DNA of 61,293 bases, the filler included, from Sandaracinaceae bacterium (GTDB lineage Bacteria > Myxococcota_A > Polyangia > Polyangiales > JADJQN01), in assembly GCA_947483975.1 (NCBI GenBank). It is 8 parts of 8 records of this genome, joined end to end, with 100 filler letters (N's around TTAATTAATTAA, not from the genome) between each part and the next. Parts side by side here need not be neighbours in the genome. Positions count along the whole stretch, not along the records: positions 15,584 to 23,184 come from CANKOL010000262.1; positions 23,285 to 30,864 come from CANKOL010000263.1; 6 more parts are not named here. One strand, given 5' to 3'. The notes under the pieces are model-generated. The model made no database searches, was not told the DNA's origin, and saw only the letters and a program-made list of their open reading frames with translations. This document shows positions 17,373 through 28,025 of the stretch, one piece after another; positions within the stretch are counted from its first letter, which is position 1; the number at the start of each line of letters is the position of its first letter. The position numbers and the translations under genes are program-made.

Positions 17373-19097
17373 ATGGGCCCTTCACACGTCCTCTCGCTCC
17401 GGAGCGCCGCGTCGCTCGCCCTGGTCCTCGCGCTCGCCGGCTGTGGCGAGGAGGTGCTGATCGCGCCGCTCGACGCCGCGACTGCCGACGCCGGCGCGCC
17501 TGACGCGGATACCCACGGCGGCTTGCTGCTGCCGCGCTGCGAGGACACCGAGCCCGCGGGCGCCCTCGATTTTCCGCCGGTCCCGAGCACGCTCGTCTCG
17601 ACGCTGGTCCCGATGGCCGCGCGCCTCGCCGTGCCCGGCGACCTCAACCCCGCGACCGAGGCGGGCGAGGCGCTCTATCGCTCGATGGGCCTCGACGCGC
17701 TCACGGTGGGCCCCGGGCAGGAGCGCGCCCTGCGCACCGACCTCGGCGGCGCGGCACCGCCCGCGACGGGTCGCCGCTCGCTCGTGTGGATGGCGCACCT
17801 CTCGGACTTTCAGGTCGTCGACGACGAGTCACCGATCCGCCTCGCGGGCTACGACAACGCGAGCGTCAGCGGCGGGCTGCGCGCGCAAGAGGCGTATCTG
17901 CCTCGCGCGATCTCCGCGATGAACCGCACCTTCGCGCGCATCGAGCGCCCGGCGCGCCCGTACGACTTCGCGATCGTCACCGGCGACTGCGCCGACAGCG
18001 CGCAGCGCAACGAGCTCGGCTGGGTCCTCGGGCTGATGAACGGCACGCCGGGCCTGCACACGGACTCGGGCGCCGACGACGACCCGGTGCCGGGCCCCGA
18101 CAACGACCCCAAGGATCCGTTCGATCCAGTCGCGTTTCCCGCGCCGTGGCTCTACGTCCCCGGCAATCACGACCTCGAGATCGTCGGCGTCTCGTTGCCC
18201 GACGACGTGCAGCGCGCGGCAGCGCTCGGCACGCGCATCGGCAGCGGCACGCGGCACTACGACCGCTGGTACGCGCCCGTCGCGCGCGGCGTCACCGTCG
18301 CCGATCCGAACCGCGCGCTCCTCGACCGCAGCACGATCCTCGACACGCTGCGCGCCGACACGAGCGCCGTCCCCGGACCTCCGGGGCACGGCTACTCGAG
18401 CGCGTCCGAGGTCTCGCACGGCGCGAACTACGCGTACGACGCCATCCCCGGCTTGCTCCGCGTGCTCACGCTCGACACGAGCGACGCGACGGGCGGCTCG
18501 CAGGGCCTCGTGCTCACGTCGACGGTGGACAATTTCCTGCGCCCAGAGCTCGAGCGCGCGCACGCCGATGGCGTCCTCGTGATGCTCGCTTCGCACCACT
18601 CGACGACCGCGATCGACGACCTCGAAGGGCAAGCGGGGGGGCCCGTCGCGGACGCGGTGCAGCCCGCCGACCTCGAGCGGCTCGTCGCCTCCTACGAGAA
18701 CGTCGTGCTCTGGCTCGTCGGGCACGACCACGATACGCGCATCCGCGCGGTCGCTGGCGCCGACGCCGCGCACCCAGGTTACTGGGAGGTGATGACGCCC
18801 TCGATGGCCGACTGGCCCGCGCAGGCGCGCTTCCTCGAGCTCGTCGACAACGGCAACGGCACGCTCTCGCTCCTCGGCACGCTCGTCGACTTCGACACGC
18901 AGAGCTGCATGGAGCGCCGCTTTCGCAGCCTGCTGACGAGCGAGCTGATGTCGGGCTGGTCGTCGACCGTCCGCTCCGCGGCCGATCAGCGCAACGTCGA
19001 GCTCGTGCTGCCGCTGCCCGCCGTCGCCGCGTCGGCCATCGCCGCCGCGCACGCTGGCGACCGCATCGAGAGTGAGACGACGCTGCGCGGCCTCTGA
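17373..19097 (+). CDS. Secreted calcineurin-like metallophosphoesterase lipoprotein
   Basis: Lipobox LAGC; motifs HLSDFQ, TGDCAD, PGNHD, SHH and GHDH. Confidence 0.85.
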   Translation: MGPSHVLSLRSAASLALVLALAGCGEEVLIAPLDAATADAGAPDADTHGGLLLPRCEDTEPAGALDFPPVPSTLVSTLVPMAARLAVPGDLNPATEAGEALYRSMGLDALTVGPGQERALRTDLGGAAPPATGRRSLVWMAHLSDFQVVDDESPIRLAGYDNASVSGGLRAQEAYLPRAISAMNRTFARIERPARPYDFAIVTGDCADSAQRNELGWVLGLMNGTPGLHTDSGADDDPVPGPDNDPKDPFDPVAFPAPWLYVPGNHDLEIVGVSLPDDVQRAAALGTRIGSGTRHYDRWYAPVARGVTVADPNRALLDRSTILDTLRADTSAVPGPPGHGYSSASEVSHGANYAYDAIPGLLRVLTLDTSDATGGSQGLVLTSTVDNFLRPELERAHADGVLVMLASHHSTTAIDDLEGQAGGPVADAVQPADLERLVASYENVVLWLVGHDHDTRIRAVAGADAAHPGYWEVMTPSMADWPAQARFLELVDNGNGTLSLLGTLVDFDTQSCMERRFRSLLTSELMSGWSSTVRSAADQRNVELVLPLPAVAASAIAAAHAGDRIESETTLRGL

Positions 19098-19127
19098 GGC
19101 GCGCGCCCGTCTCAGCCCACGCGCCTC

Positions 19128-20225
19128 TCAGCCGATCACGGCCTCGGCGAGCGCGAGGCACGCGGTGAGCCCTGGGGACTCGATGCCGAGGAGGCTGACG
19201 AGCCCCGGCACGCCGTGCGCGTCCTCGCGCAGGAGCACGAAGTCACCCGCCGGTGCCTCCGGTCCGTGCAGCTTCGGCCGGATGCCCGCGTACGCCGGCG
19301 TGAGCGAGTCGTCGGGCAGCGCGGGCCAGTACTCGCGGACCTCTGCGTAGAAGCCGTCCGCGCGGCGCGGATCGACCTCGTAACTCTCGCGCTCGACCCA
19401 CTCGACGTCGGGCCCGAAGCGCGCGCGCCCCGCGAGGTCGAGCGTGAGGTGCACGCCGAGCCCGCCCGGCGCGGGCAGCGGATACACGAGGTGCGAGAAC
19501 GGCGCGGCGCACGAGAGCGCGAAGTAGCTGCCCTTCGCGAGCCTCTGCGGCGCGGGCGGGAGCGCGCCGGGTCGGCTCTCCGCGAAGAGCCGCGCGACGG
19601 CGAGCGCGCTCAGCCCCGCGCAGTTGAAGACGCGCTCGGCGAGGAGCGTCGTCTCCTCTGCGCTGCTCACGAACAGCTCCAGCCCTCGCGTCGTCACGCG
19701 CGCGCGGGTCACTCGACTCTCGAACGCGAAGTCCGCGCCCGCCGCCGCCGCGTCCGCGTAGAGCGCGCGCATCAGCCCGTGCGTATCGACGATGCCGGTG
19801 CTCGGGGAGCGCAGCGCCGCGACGCATCGCAGCTGCGGCTCGAGCGCGCGCGCCTCGTCCGCGCTCAGCCACTCGACGTCCGCGACGCCGTTCGCGAGCG
19901 CCTGCGCGCGCAGCGCGACGAGGGCCGCGCGCTGCGCCTCCGAGGTCGCCACGATCAGCTTGCCGCAGCGGCGATGCGCGACGCCGCGCGCCGCGCAGTA
20001 CGCGTAGAGCGCGCGGCTCCCCGCGACGCAGAGCCGCGCCTTCAGCGAGCCCGTCGGGTAGTAGAGCCCCGCGTGCACCACCTCGCTGTTGCGCGCGCTG
20101 ACGCCGGTGCCGATGCGGTCCGCCGCCTCGAGCACGACGACCTCATGTCCCCGCTGCGCGAGCGCGCGCGCGACGGCGAGTCCGACGACGCCCGCACCGA
20201 CGACGACGCACTCGACGCGCTCCAT
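19128..20225 (-). CDS. FAD-dependent oxidoreductase, L-2-hydroxyglutarate oxidase (LhgO)-like
   Basis: GAGVVG Rossmann motif, [38 protein letters not shown]. True start ATG 20225. Confidence 0.9.
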   Translation of the reverse strand: MERVECVVVGAGVVGLAVARALAQRGHEVVVLEAADRIGTGVSARNSEVVHAGLYYPTGSLKARLCVAGSRALYAYCAARGVAHRRCGKLIVATSEAQRAALVALRAQALANGVADVEWLSADEARALEPQLRCVAALRSPSTGIVDTHGLMRALYADAAAAGADFAFESRVTRARVTTRGLELFVSSAEETTLLAERVFNCAGLSALAVARLFAESRPGALPPAPQRLAKGSYFALSCAAPFSHLVYPLPAPGGLGVHLTLDLAGRARFGPDVEWVERESYEVDPRRADGFYAEVREYWPALPDDSLTPAYAGIRPKLHGPEAPAGDFVLLREDAHGVPGLVSLLGIESPGLTACLALAEAVIG

Positions 20226-20233
20226 CGCGCTCC

Positions 20234-21955
20234 TTACATCTTGTCGATCGTCGAGAGCCCGAGGAGCGCGAGCCCGCGCCCGAGCTGCCGCTGCGTCAGC
20301 CAGCAGAGCGCGATGCGCGACGCGCGCGTCCCCGCGTCGTCGGCCTTGAGCACGGGGCACGCCTCGTAGAAGCTGCTGAAAAGCCGCGCGATCGAGAACA
20401 GATGATCGCAGACGCGGTGCGGCTCGCAGCTCTCTGCCGCGTCGTGCACGACGTCGCCGAAGCGCGCGAGCTGCTTGGCGAGCGCGAGCTCCTCCGGCGC
20501 GACGAGCAGGAGCGGCCCGCTCGCCGTCGCGGGGTCGAGCGCGCCCTTCCGAAAGATGCTGCCGACGCGCGCGTAGGCGTACTGCAAGTACGGCCCCGCG
20601 TTGCCCTTGAACGAGATCATCTTGTCCCAGTCGAACTGATAGTCGCTGAGCCTGTTTTGCCGCAGATCCGCGTACTTCACCGCGCCGATGCCGACCGCGC
20701 GCGAGACGCTGAGGATCTCCTCCTCCGGCACCTCGAGCCCCTCCTCGCGGATGCGCGTCGCCGCGCGCGCCTCCGCCTCGTCGAGCAGAGACGCGAGCGT
20801 GATCACCTTGCCGTCCCGCGTCTTGAGCGGCTTTCCGTCGTCGCCGAGCACGGTGCCGAAGCCGATGTGCTCGAGGCGCATCGTCATCCCGAGCTTGCGC
20901 CCGACGGCGAAGAGCTGCTTGAAGTGCAGCCCCTGCCGCACGTCGACGACGTAGATGCTGCGGTCCGCGTGGAAGTGATCGCGCCGATAGACGAGCGTCG
21001 CGACGTCGGTCGTCGGGTACATGAACGCGCCGTCGCGCTTGCGCACGATGAACGGCGTCTCGACCTTCGCGAGCTCCGGCACATCGTCGAAGAACACGCA
21101 GATGGCGCCGTCGTCCTCGCGCGCGATGCCCTTCTCCAGCAGCATCGCGACGACCCCCGGCAGCATCGCGTCGTACGCGCTCTCGCCGAGCCACTCCTCG
21201 AACGTCACGCCGAGCCGCGCGTAGACGGCGTCGAGCGCGACGCGCGTCGTCGCGACGAAGCGCTCCCACATCGCGCGGCTCTCGGGGTCGCCGCTCTGCA
21301 GCTTCGCGAGCTCCGCGCGCGCTTCGTCGCCGAATTTCGGGTCCGCCTTTCCGCGCTCGGACGCGAGCCGATAGATGCGCTCGAGCTCGCCGATCGCGTC
21401 CGTCGCGAGCGCGTCTTCGCTGCCGAAGTGCCGCATCCCCGCGATCAGCATCCCGAACTGCGTGCCCCAGTCGCCGAGGTGATTGTCGCCGATGACCTCG
21501 TGCCCCGCGTAGCGCAGGAGCGCGATGATCGACGCGCCGATGATCGTCGAGCGCAGGTGCCCGACGTGCATCTGCTTGGCGATGTTCGGGCTCGAGAAGT
21601 CCACGACGATGCGCTGCGCGCGCTCCACCGCCGGCACGCCGTCGCGCGCGACGTCCCGCAGATCCTCGTCGAGCCGCGCCGCGAGCCACTCGGGGCGCAG
21701 CGTCAGGTTCACGAAGCCGGGCCCCGCGACCTCCGCCTTCTCGATCGCCTCGCTCTTCCCGAGCGCAGCGGCGACGGGCGTCGCGAGGTCGCGCGGCGCC
21801 TTCTTCAGCTGCTTGGCGAGCGGCAGCACGCCGTTCAGCTGAAAGTCGCCGTGCTTCGCGTCAGCCGTCGCGCGCACGACCGCGGGCGCCTCGGCGCCGA
21901 GCGCGTCGCGGAGAGCCGCAGATCCGAGTTCATCGAGGAAACGTTCGAGGCGCAT
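20234..21955 (-). CDS. argS: Arginine--tRNA ligase
   Basis: [22 protein letters not shown] (HIGH), [17 protein letters not shown], and the anticodon-binding domain [13 protein letters not shown]. Confidence 0.97.
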   Translation of the reverse strand: MRLERFLDELGSAALRDALGAEAPAVVRATADAKHGDFQLNGVLPLAKQLKKAPRDLATPVAAALGKSEAIEKAEVAGPGFVNLTLRPEWLAARLDEDLRDVARDGVPAVERAQRIVVDFSSPNIAKQMHVGHLRSTIIGASIIALLRYAGHEVIGDNHLGDWGTQFGMLIAGMRHFGSEDALATDAIGELERIYRLASERGKADPKFGDEARAELAKLQSGDPESRAMWERFVATTRVALDAVYARLGVTFEEWLGESAYDAMLPGVVAMLLEKGIAREDDGAICVFFDDVPELAKVETPFIVRKRDGAFMYPTTDVATLVYRRDHFHADRSIYVVDVRQGLHFKQLFAVGRKLGMTMRLEHIGFGTVLGDDGKPLKTRDGKVITLASLLDEAEARAATRIREEGLEVPEEEILSVSRAVGIGAVKYADLRQNRLSDYQFDWDKMISFKGNAGPYLQYAYARVGSIFRKGALDPATASGPLLLVAPEELALAKQLARFGDVVHDAAESCEPHRVCDHLFSIARLFSSFYEACPVLKADDAGTRASRIALCWLTQRQLGRGLALLGLSTIDKM

Positions 21956-22117
21956 CGTGGGCCGAGGCGTACGGGAGTGTGGGCACCGCGTCCAGCGTCG
22001 CGGCGCGCCTCGCGGGTATTGCCGGCGGCGGGCTCATATGCCTGCCGGTATCAAAGGGGCGCGCAGACCGCCGTTTGGTAAGCGGCGCCACACTTTCTGT
22101 TCAGGGGGGGCACGACC

Positions 22118-23032
22118 ATGAACGCGGGGGAAACACTCGACGATGAGCCGAACGGGCCAGTGCCCGACGGCGCCGCGTCGGTGTGTGTGGAGCTCGCCAG
22201 CGCCGCGCTCGACGAGATCGTCGGCACGACCCCTCCTCGATCGGAGTCGGTAGAGCCCGAGCCCCTCGAGCAGGATGACGGCGGCCCGGATGACCTCGCC
22301 GGACGCTGGCGTGCGGCCGCCATCGTGCTGCGCATGCTCGTCGGCGAGACGCTGGCCGCCCAGGGTGAGCTGTCGCTCGCCTCCGGGACCGCCGATGGCG
22401 TCGCGATGAACGTCCGCATGGCGAGCGGGATGATGGGGCAGGTGCAGCACGGTGCCGGCGACATCGCCGTCGCGAGCTCGCAGTTCGTCGCTGCCGCGGC
22501 GACGGCCCTCGTCCTGGCGGCGCTGACCAGCGCGCGCCTGACTGAGCTCGGCGAGTTCGTCAGCGCGATCGCGGCGTCGGTGCGAGAGATCGAGGCGATC
22601 GCTCGGCAGACCAACATGCTCGCGATCAACGCGTCGATCGAGGCGGCGCACGCGGGGGACGCGGGCCACGGCTTCGCGATCGTCGCGTCCGAGGTGAAGT
22701 CGCTCGCGGAGGAGACCAAGCAGTCGACGGCGGAGATCCGCGCGCGGCTCGCGAGGATCCTCGCGGCGACGAGCGCGGCGACGGACGCGATGGCGAGCAC
22801 CAAGCTCGAGGTCGAGCGGATTCACTCCGAGGCGAGCCGCGTGAGCGCGTCCGCTGCGGAGCAGCAGGACCTGACGGGCGCGGTCAAGGCCTCCATCGAC
22901 GAGGCCGCGACGAGCGTCGACGAGATCGCGACGTGCCTCCGCGACTTCGACACCCGAGTGACGGACGCGGCGGCGACCGCGCGTACCGCGATGGCGGCAG
23001 TGACGAAACGAGGAGAGACGACATGCCCCTGA
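22118..23032 (+). CDS. Methyl-accepting chemotaxis protein, apparently soluble
   Basis: MCP hairpin [37 protein letters not shown]; no clear TM or sensor domain. Confidence 0.82.
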   Translation: MNAGETLDDEPNGPVPDGAASVCVELASAALDEIVGTTPPRSESVEPEPLEQDDGGPDDLAGRWRAAAIVLRMLVGETLAAQGELSLASGTADGVAMNVRMASGMMGQVQHGAGDIAVASSQFVAAAATALVLAALTSARLTELGEFVSAIAASVREIEAIARQTNMLAINASIEAAHAGDAGHGFAIVASEVKSLAEETKQSTAEIRARLARILAATSAATDAMASTKLEVERIHSEASRVSASAAEQQDLTGAVKASIDEAATSVDEIATCLRDFDTRVTDAAATARTAMAAVTKRGETTCP

Positions 23033-23184
23033 TGGAATGGAACGACCGATTGAGCGTGGGAGTTCAGCAGTTCGACGCGGAGCACAAGCGCCTCGTCGGC
23101 ATGGTGAACGAGCTGTTCGACGCCGTGCAGGCCGGCCGAGGGAAGGACGTGCTCGGGAAGATCCTCGACGGCCTCATCGACTAC
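23023..23184 (+). CDS. Bacteriohemerythrin (3' truncated)
   Basis: [39 protein letters not shown] matches the hemerythrin W...SVG...D..H..L motif; overlaps the MCP stop. Confidence 0.88.
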
Positions 23185-23284
23185 NNNNNNNNNNNNNNNN
23201 NNNNNNNNNNNNNNNNNNNNNNNNNNNNTTAATTAATTAANNNNNNNNNNNNNNNNNNNNNNNNNNNNNNNNNNNNNNNNNNNN
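23185..23284. other. Artificial contig linker
   Basis: N-run/TTAATTAATTAA/N-run. Confidence 0.99.
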
Positions 23285-23285
23285 G

Positions 23286-23531
23286 CAACTGCGCCGCTGC
23301 ACGCGGGACGCGCCGCGGCGTGCGGAGGCGTTCTACGAGCTCGGCGTCACGCTCTCGGCGTCAGCGACTGCGCCTGAGGCGAGCGAGGGGCGCGCCGCCT
23401 ACGCGCGCTTTCTCACGCTCGCCGGGAGCGAACCGCGCTTCGCTGACGCCGTGCGCGCCGCGCGAGCCGGGCAGACACCGCGCCCCGCGCCGACGCGCTG
23501 GGCTCCGCGTAGCGTCACGCGCCGCCATTGA
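23286..23531 (+). CDS. TPR-like protein, C-terminal fragment
   Basis: Manual translation ...APRRAEAFYELGVTL...GRAAYARFLTLA...*; 5' truncated. Confidence 0.5.
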   Translation, partial: QLRRCTRDAPRRAEAFYELGVTLSASATAPEASEGRAAYARFLTLAGSEPRFADAVRAARAGQTPRPAPTRWAPRSVTRRH

Positions 23532-23555
23532 CGCCCCGGGGGCCCTCGGTAAGAT
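23528..23555 (+). promoter_or_regulatory. Putative sigma70 promoter of the E1-alpha/lpdA operon
   Basis: TTGACG-N16-TAAGAT, 9 nt before ATG 23565. Confidence 0.6.
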
Positions 23556-23564
23556 GCGCGCCTC

Positions 23565-24689
23565 ATGACGACCGTGCCGGACAACGACCCGACGCTCGGG
23601 CTCTTCTCGGTCCTGCGCGACGACGGCTCGTCCGACCCGCAGGCTGATCCGTTCCTCGACGACCCCACGCTGCTCGGGATGTACCGAGAGATGCTGCGCA
23701 TCCGCATCCTCGACGAGCGGATGCTCGCGCGGCAGCGGCAGGGGCGCATCGGCTTCTACGGCACCGTGACGGGGCAGGAGGCGACGCCCATCGCGACCGC
23801 CTTCGCGACGCGCCCGGAGGACTGGATCTTCCCCGCCCTCCGCGAGAACGCGATCATGCTCGCGCGCGGTTTCCCCTTGGAGAAGTGGCTCGCGCAGGTC
23901 TACGGCAACAGCGCCGACGTGCTCAAGGGCCGGCAGATGCCGAGCCATATGTCGGGGCGCGCCGTCAACCAGGTGTCGTGGGGCTCTTGCCTCGGGCCGC
24001 AGCTCCCGCAGGCGGTCGGCGCGGCGTGGGCGGCCAAGCTCAAGAAGGACCCCGTCGTCACCGTCGGCTTCATCGGCGACGGCGCGACGAGCGAGCCTGA
24101 CTTCCACTCGGCGATGACCTTCGCGGGCGTCTACAAGGTCCCCTGCGTCCTCATCTGCCAGAACAACCACTGGGCGATCAGCGTGCCCTCCTCGCGGCAG
24201 ACCTCGTCGAAGACCTTCGCCATCAAGGCGCACGCGTACGGCGTGCGCGGCGCGCGCGTCGACGGCAACGACGTGCTCGCGCTCTACCGCACGATCAAGG
24301 AAGCCGTCGAGCACGCGCGCACGACCTCTGAGCCCACGTTCATCGAGGCGGTCACCTACCGCATCGGCGCGCACTCGTCCTCGGACGACCCGACCCGCTA
24401 TCGCCAAGAGAGCGAGGTCGAGGCGTGGCGCCTGCGCGATCCGCTCGTGCGCTACGAGCGCTATCTGCGCCGCGCGGAGCTGCTCGACGACGCGCTCAAG
24501 GCGTCGATGTCCGCGGCGATCGAGGAGCAGATCGCGACCGCCGTTCGGGCGGTCGAGCCCATTGCGCCGCCGCCGCGCAGCTCGATGGTGGAGGACGTCT
24601 ACGCGACGGTCCCCCGGCATCTCCGCGAGCAGCTCGCCGAGATGGAAGCCCACCCGGCCCCTCCAAGCGCGCACGGCGCCGGTCACTGA
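23565..24689 (+). CDS. 2-oxoacid dehydrogenase E1 alpha subunit (pyruvate or branched-chain)
   Basis: RQGRIGFY, GQEA, TPP motif GDGATSE...NN, YRIGAHSSSDDPTRYR. Confidence 0.92.
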   Translation: MTTVPDNDPTLGLFSVLRDDGSSDPQADPFLDDPTLLGMYREMLRIRILDERMLARQRQGRIGFYGTVTGQEATPIATAFATRPEDWIFPALRENAIMLARGFPLEKWLAQVYGNSADVLKGRQMPSHMSGRAVNQVSWGSCLGPQLPQAVGAAWAAKLKKDPVVTVGFIGDGATSEPDFHSAMTFAGVYKVPCVLICQNNHWAISVPSSRQTSSKTFAIKAHAYGVRGARVDGNDVLALYRTIKEAVEHARTTSEPTFIEAVTYRIGAHSSSDDPTRYRQESEVEAWRLRDPLVRYERYLRRAELLDDALKASMSAAIEEQIATAVRAVEPIAPPPRSSMVEDVYATVPRHLREQLAEMEAHPAPPSAHGAGH

Positions 24690-24716
24690 CGAAGAGAAGA
24701 GAAGAGACGAACCCGC

Positions 24717-26135
24717 ATGGCCAACAAGACCTACGACGCGATCATCATCGGCGGTGGACCCGGCGGCTATCCGGCGGCGATCCGCCTCGGGCAGCTGAAG
24801 AACACCGTGCTCGTCGTCGAGAAAGAGTACATCGGTGGCGTCTGCCTCAACTGGGGCTGCATCCCGTCGAAGGCGCTGATCGCCGCCGCGAACTTCTACG
24901 AGAAGGCGCAGCACACCGCCGGCACGATGGGCATCACCTTCACCGACGTGAAGGTCGACGTCACCAAGCTGCAAGCCTGGAAGCAGGGCATCGTCGGCAA
25001 GCTGACGGGCGGCGTGCGCATGCTCGTGAAGGCGAACGGCGGCGAGGTCGTGATGGGCACGGGCAAGCTCGTCGGCCCGAACACCGTCGAGGTCACGCTC
25101 CCCGACGGCAAGGTCGAGCGCTACGACGCCAAGAAGGGCATCGTCCTCGCGACGGGCGCGACGCCCATCCAGATCCCCGGCATGGAGCCTGACGGCGACG
25201 TCGTCATCACCGCGCGCGAGGCGGTCAGCCTGCCCGCGGTGCCGAAGACGCTGCTCGTCGTCGGCGGCGGCGTGATCGGCCTCGAGCTCGGCATGGTCTA
25301 CCAGAAGCTCGGCGCGAAGGTGATCGTGGTCGAGCTGACCGATCAGCTGCTCCCCGGCGTCGACGTCGACCTCGTCAAGGTCGTCGAGAAGGCGTTCATC
25401 AAGGCGGGCGGCGAGGTGCTCCTCAAGACCAAGGCTGCAGGCCTCAAGCGGGACGGTCAGACGGCCACCGTCACGGTCGAGCTTCCCGACGGCACGAAGC
25501 GCGAGATCACCGCGGACAAGGTCCTGATGTCCATCGGCTTCAAGCCGAACAGCAAGGACCTCGGCCTCGACGCCGTCGGCGTGAAGACCGACGCGCGCGG
25601 GCACATCCTCACGAACGAATTCCTGCGCACGAACGTGCCGAGCATCTACGCCGTCGGCGACGTCAGCGGCCCGCCGTACCTCGCGCACAAGGCGACGAAG
25701 GAGGGCGAGGTCTGCGGCGAGATCATCGCGGGGCACAAGGCAGCGCGGGATTGGCGCGCGATGCCGGCCGCGATCTTCACCGAGCCGGAGGTCGCGACCG
25801 TCGGGCTCTCGGAGCGTCAGGTGAAGGAGTCCGGGCGCGAGTACAAGGTCGGCAAATTCCCGTTCTCGGCGCTCGGGCGCGCGATGGCCGTCAGCTCGAC
25901 CGACGGCTTCATCAAGGTCGTCGTCGACAAGAAGACCAACGAGTTCCTCGGCATGGGCATCGTCGGCCCCGAGGCGGCGGACCTGATCAGCGAGGGCGCG
26001 CTCGCGCTCGAGATGGCCGCCTTCGCGGAGGACATCGCGGGCACCATTCATCCGCATCCGACGCTCGGCGAGGGTGTGATGGAGGCGTTCAAGCACGCCC
26101 TCGGCGAGGCGATCCACATCGCCAACAAGAACTGA
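24717..26135 (+). CDS. lpdA: Dihydrolipoyl dehydrogenase (E3)
   Basis: GGGPGGY, redox motif GGVCLNWGCIPSK, GGGVIGLE, HPHPTLGE. Confidence 0.96.
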   Translation: MANKTYDAIIIGGGPGGYPAAIRLGQLKNTVLVVEKEYIGGVCLNWGCIPSKALIAAANFYEKAQHTAGTMGITFTDVKVDVTKLQAWKQGIVGKLTGGVRMLVKANGGEVVMGTGKLVGPNTVEVTLPDGKVERYDAKKGIVLATGATPIQIPGMEPDGDVVITAREAVSLPAVPKTLLVVGGGVIGLELGMVYQKLGAKVIVVELTDQLLPGVDVDLVKVVEKAFIKAGGEVLLKTKAAGLKRDGQTATVTVELPDGTKREITADKVLMSIGFKPNSKDLGLDAVGVKTDARGHILTNEFLRTNVPSIYAVGDVSGPPYLAHKATKEGEVCGEIIAGHKAARDWRAMPAAIFTEPEVATVGLSERQVKESGREYKVGKFPFSALGRAMAVSSTDGFIKVVVDKKTNEFLGMGIVGPEAADLISEGALALEMAAFAEDIAGTIHPHPTLGEGVMEAFKHALGEAIHIANKN

Positions 26136-26139
26136 CGCG

Positions 26140-26664
26140 ATGCGCGGCGCCGCCACCCAGATCGATTACTGCGAGTCCCTCGGCGTCGTCGAGCTACCCG
26201 TCGCCGGCGTGGTCCTGCCGCGCCCGCACAGGCGCTTGGTCGTGCACGGTGGGTTCATCGTGCTCGCGACCGAGATCACGACGACGCACGAGCGCCCGGT
26301 CGCGTCCGGCCTGCTCGGCGACGAGGCGACCTCGATGCTCGCCTCGCTCGTGCGCGCCGCGCGCTGGGAAGGCTTCCCGATGCCCGGCACCGCCGAGGCG
26401 GGGAGCGGCAGTCACTGGGCGACGCTCGCGCTCGACGACGGCGGGGGCGAGCGCGTCTTGCTGCGCTTCGAGCCGCAGACTGGGCTCGACGGCGTCCTGA
26501 TGCGCGAGGGCGTGAGCGGCTTCACCGGGACCGTCCTCGCCGCGCTCGGTGGGCTCCTCGACGCAGCGTGGGGCCGTGGGACCAAGGGCGTGCAGGCGTG
26601 GCAGCCCCCTCCGCTCGAGGGGCCACGCGACACGATCCCGTCGCCCGAGCCCTTCGACCGCTAG
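26140..26664 (+). CDS. Hypothetical protein
   Basis: ORF fills the gap between lpdA and lipB, 4 nt after the lpdA stop; no recognised motif. Confidence 0.55.
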   Translation: MRGAATQIDYCESLGVVELPVAGVVLPRPHRRLVVHGGFIVLATEITTTHERPVASGLLGDEATSMLASLVRAARWEGFPMPGTAEAGSGSHWATLALDDGGGERVLLRFEPQTGLDGVLMREGVSGFTGTVLAALGGLLDAAWGRGTKGVQAWQPPPLEGPRDTIPSPEPFDR

Positions 26665-26709
26665 CGCGCTGGCGCTTCCCTCGCGCTAGCGCAGAGTCCG
26701 CCCAATCGC

Positions 26710-27409
<700 letters not shown>

Positions 27410-27411
<2 letters not shown>

Positions 27412-27496
27412 GCAGCGTTGTCGCGAGCCGCGTTGTCGCGAGCAGCAGTGTCGTGAGCAGCGTTGTCGGCGGTGTGGTGCTGAGCAGCAGTGTCGG
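27410..27496. repeat. Degenerate 15-bp tandem repeat (about 5 copies) at the lipB stop
   Basis: GAGCAGCGTTGTCGC / GAGCCGCGTTGTCGC / GAGCAGCAGTGTCGT / GAGCAGCGTTGTCGG ... GAGCAGCAGTGTCGG. Confidence 0.75.
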
Positions 27497-27503
27497 CCGG
27501 TCC

Positions 27504-27986
27504 GTGCGGCCGCGCCTCGCGCTCGCCGCGCTGCTCGTCGTCGCGCTCTCCGCTTGCTCCCCGGCCCCCTCCGACAGCACGCCGACGGGGGCGCTGCGCT
27601 TGTTTTTGCGGGCGATGGAGCAGGCAGGCAGCGACCCGACGGCGCTCGAGACGGCGTTCGGCTTGCTCGACGCGCACGCGCGCGAGGTGCTCGAGCAGCG
27701 GGCGCGGGACGCGAGCGCTCTGGCCAACGGGCGTCAATTCGCCGCCTGGGAGATGCTCGCGCAGGGGCGCTATCGGGTCCGCTTCGCGTACGCGGAGTAC
27801 GGCTCGATGCGCGAGCGCGTCGAGCACGAGCGCGCGACGGTGACGGTCGTGGGCACGAGCGGGAACGACCGCGCCGATGTGCCGCTCGTCCGCGAGTCCG
27901 GGCACTGGCGCGTCGTGCTCGACATCCCGACGCCGCCCGTGCGCGAAGAGTCGCGCGAAGAGCCGCCGCCTGCGCCGTTGCTCTGA
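27504..27986 (+). CDS. Hypothetical lipoprotein (NTF2-like/DUF4878-like)
   Basis: RPRLALAALLVVALSAC lipobox and C-terminal VPLVRESGHWRV. In-frame GTGs at 27405 and 27477 are alternative starts. Confidence 0.7.
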   Translation: MRPRLALAALLVVALSACSPAPSDSTPTGALRLFLRAMEQAGSDPTALETAFGLLDAHAREVLEQRARDASALANGRQFAAWEMLAQGRYRVRFAYAEYGSMRERVEHERATVTVVGTSGNDRADVPLVRESGHWRVVLDIPTPPVREESREEPPPAPLL

Positions 27987-28025
27987 GCGGGGACCCGCGC
28001 GGCGCCGCCCCGCCGTCGCGCTTCG

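Noticed and set aside
19128..21689. Apparent 853-aa extended oxidoreductase
   Set aside because: The upstream part is an off-frame read of argS; the real gene starts at ATG 20225.
22030..22117. Possible c-di-GMP riboswitch upstream of the MCP gene
   Set aside because: I could not find the GEMM consensus elements by eye; an Rfam/Infernal scan would settle it.
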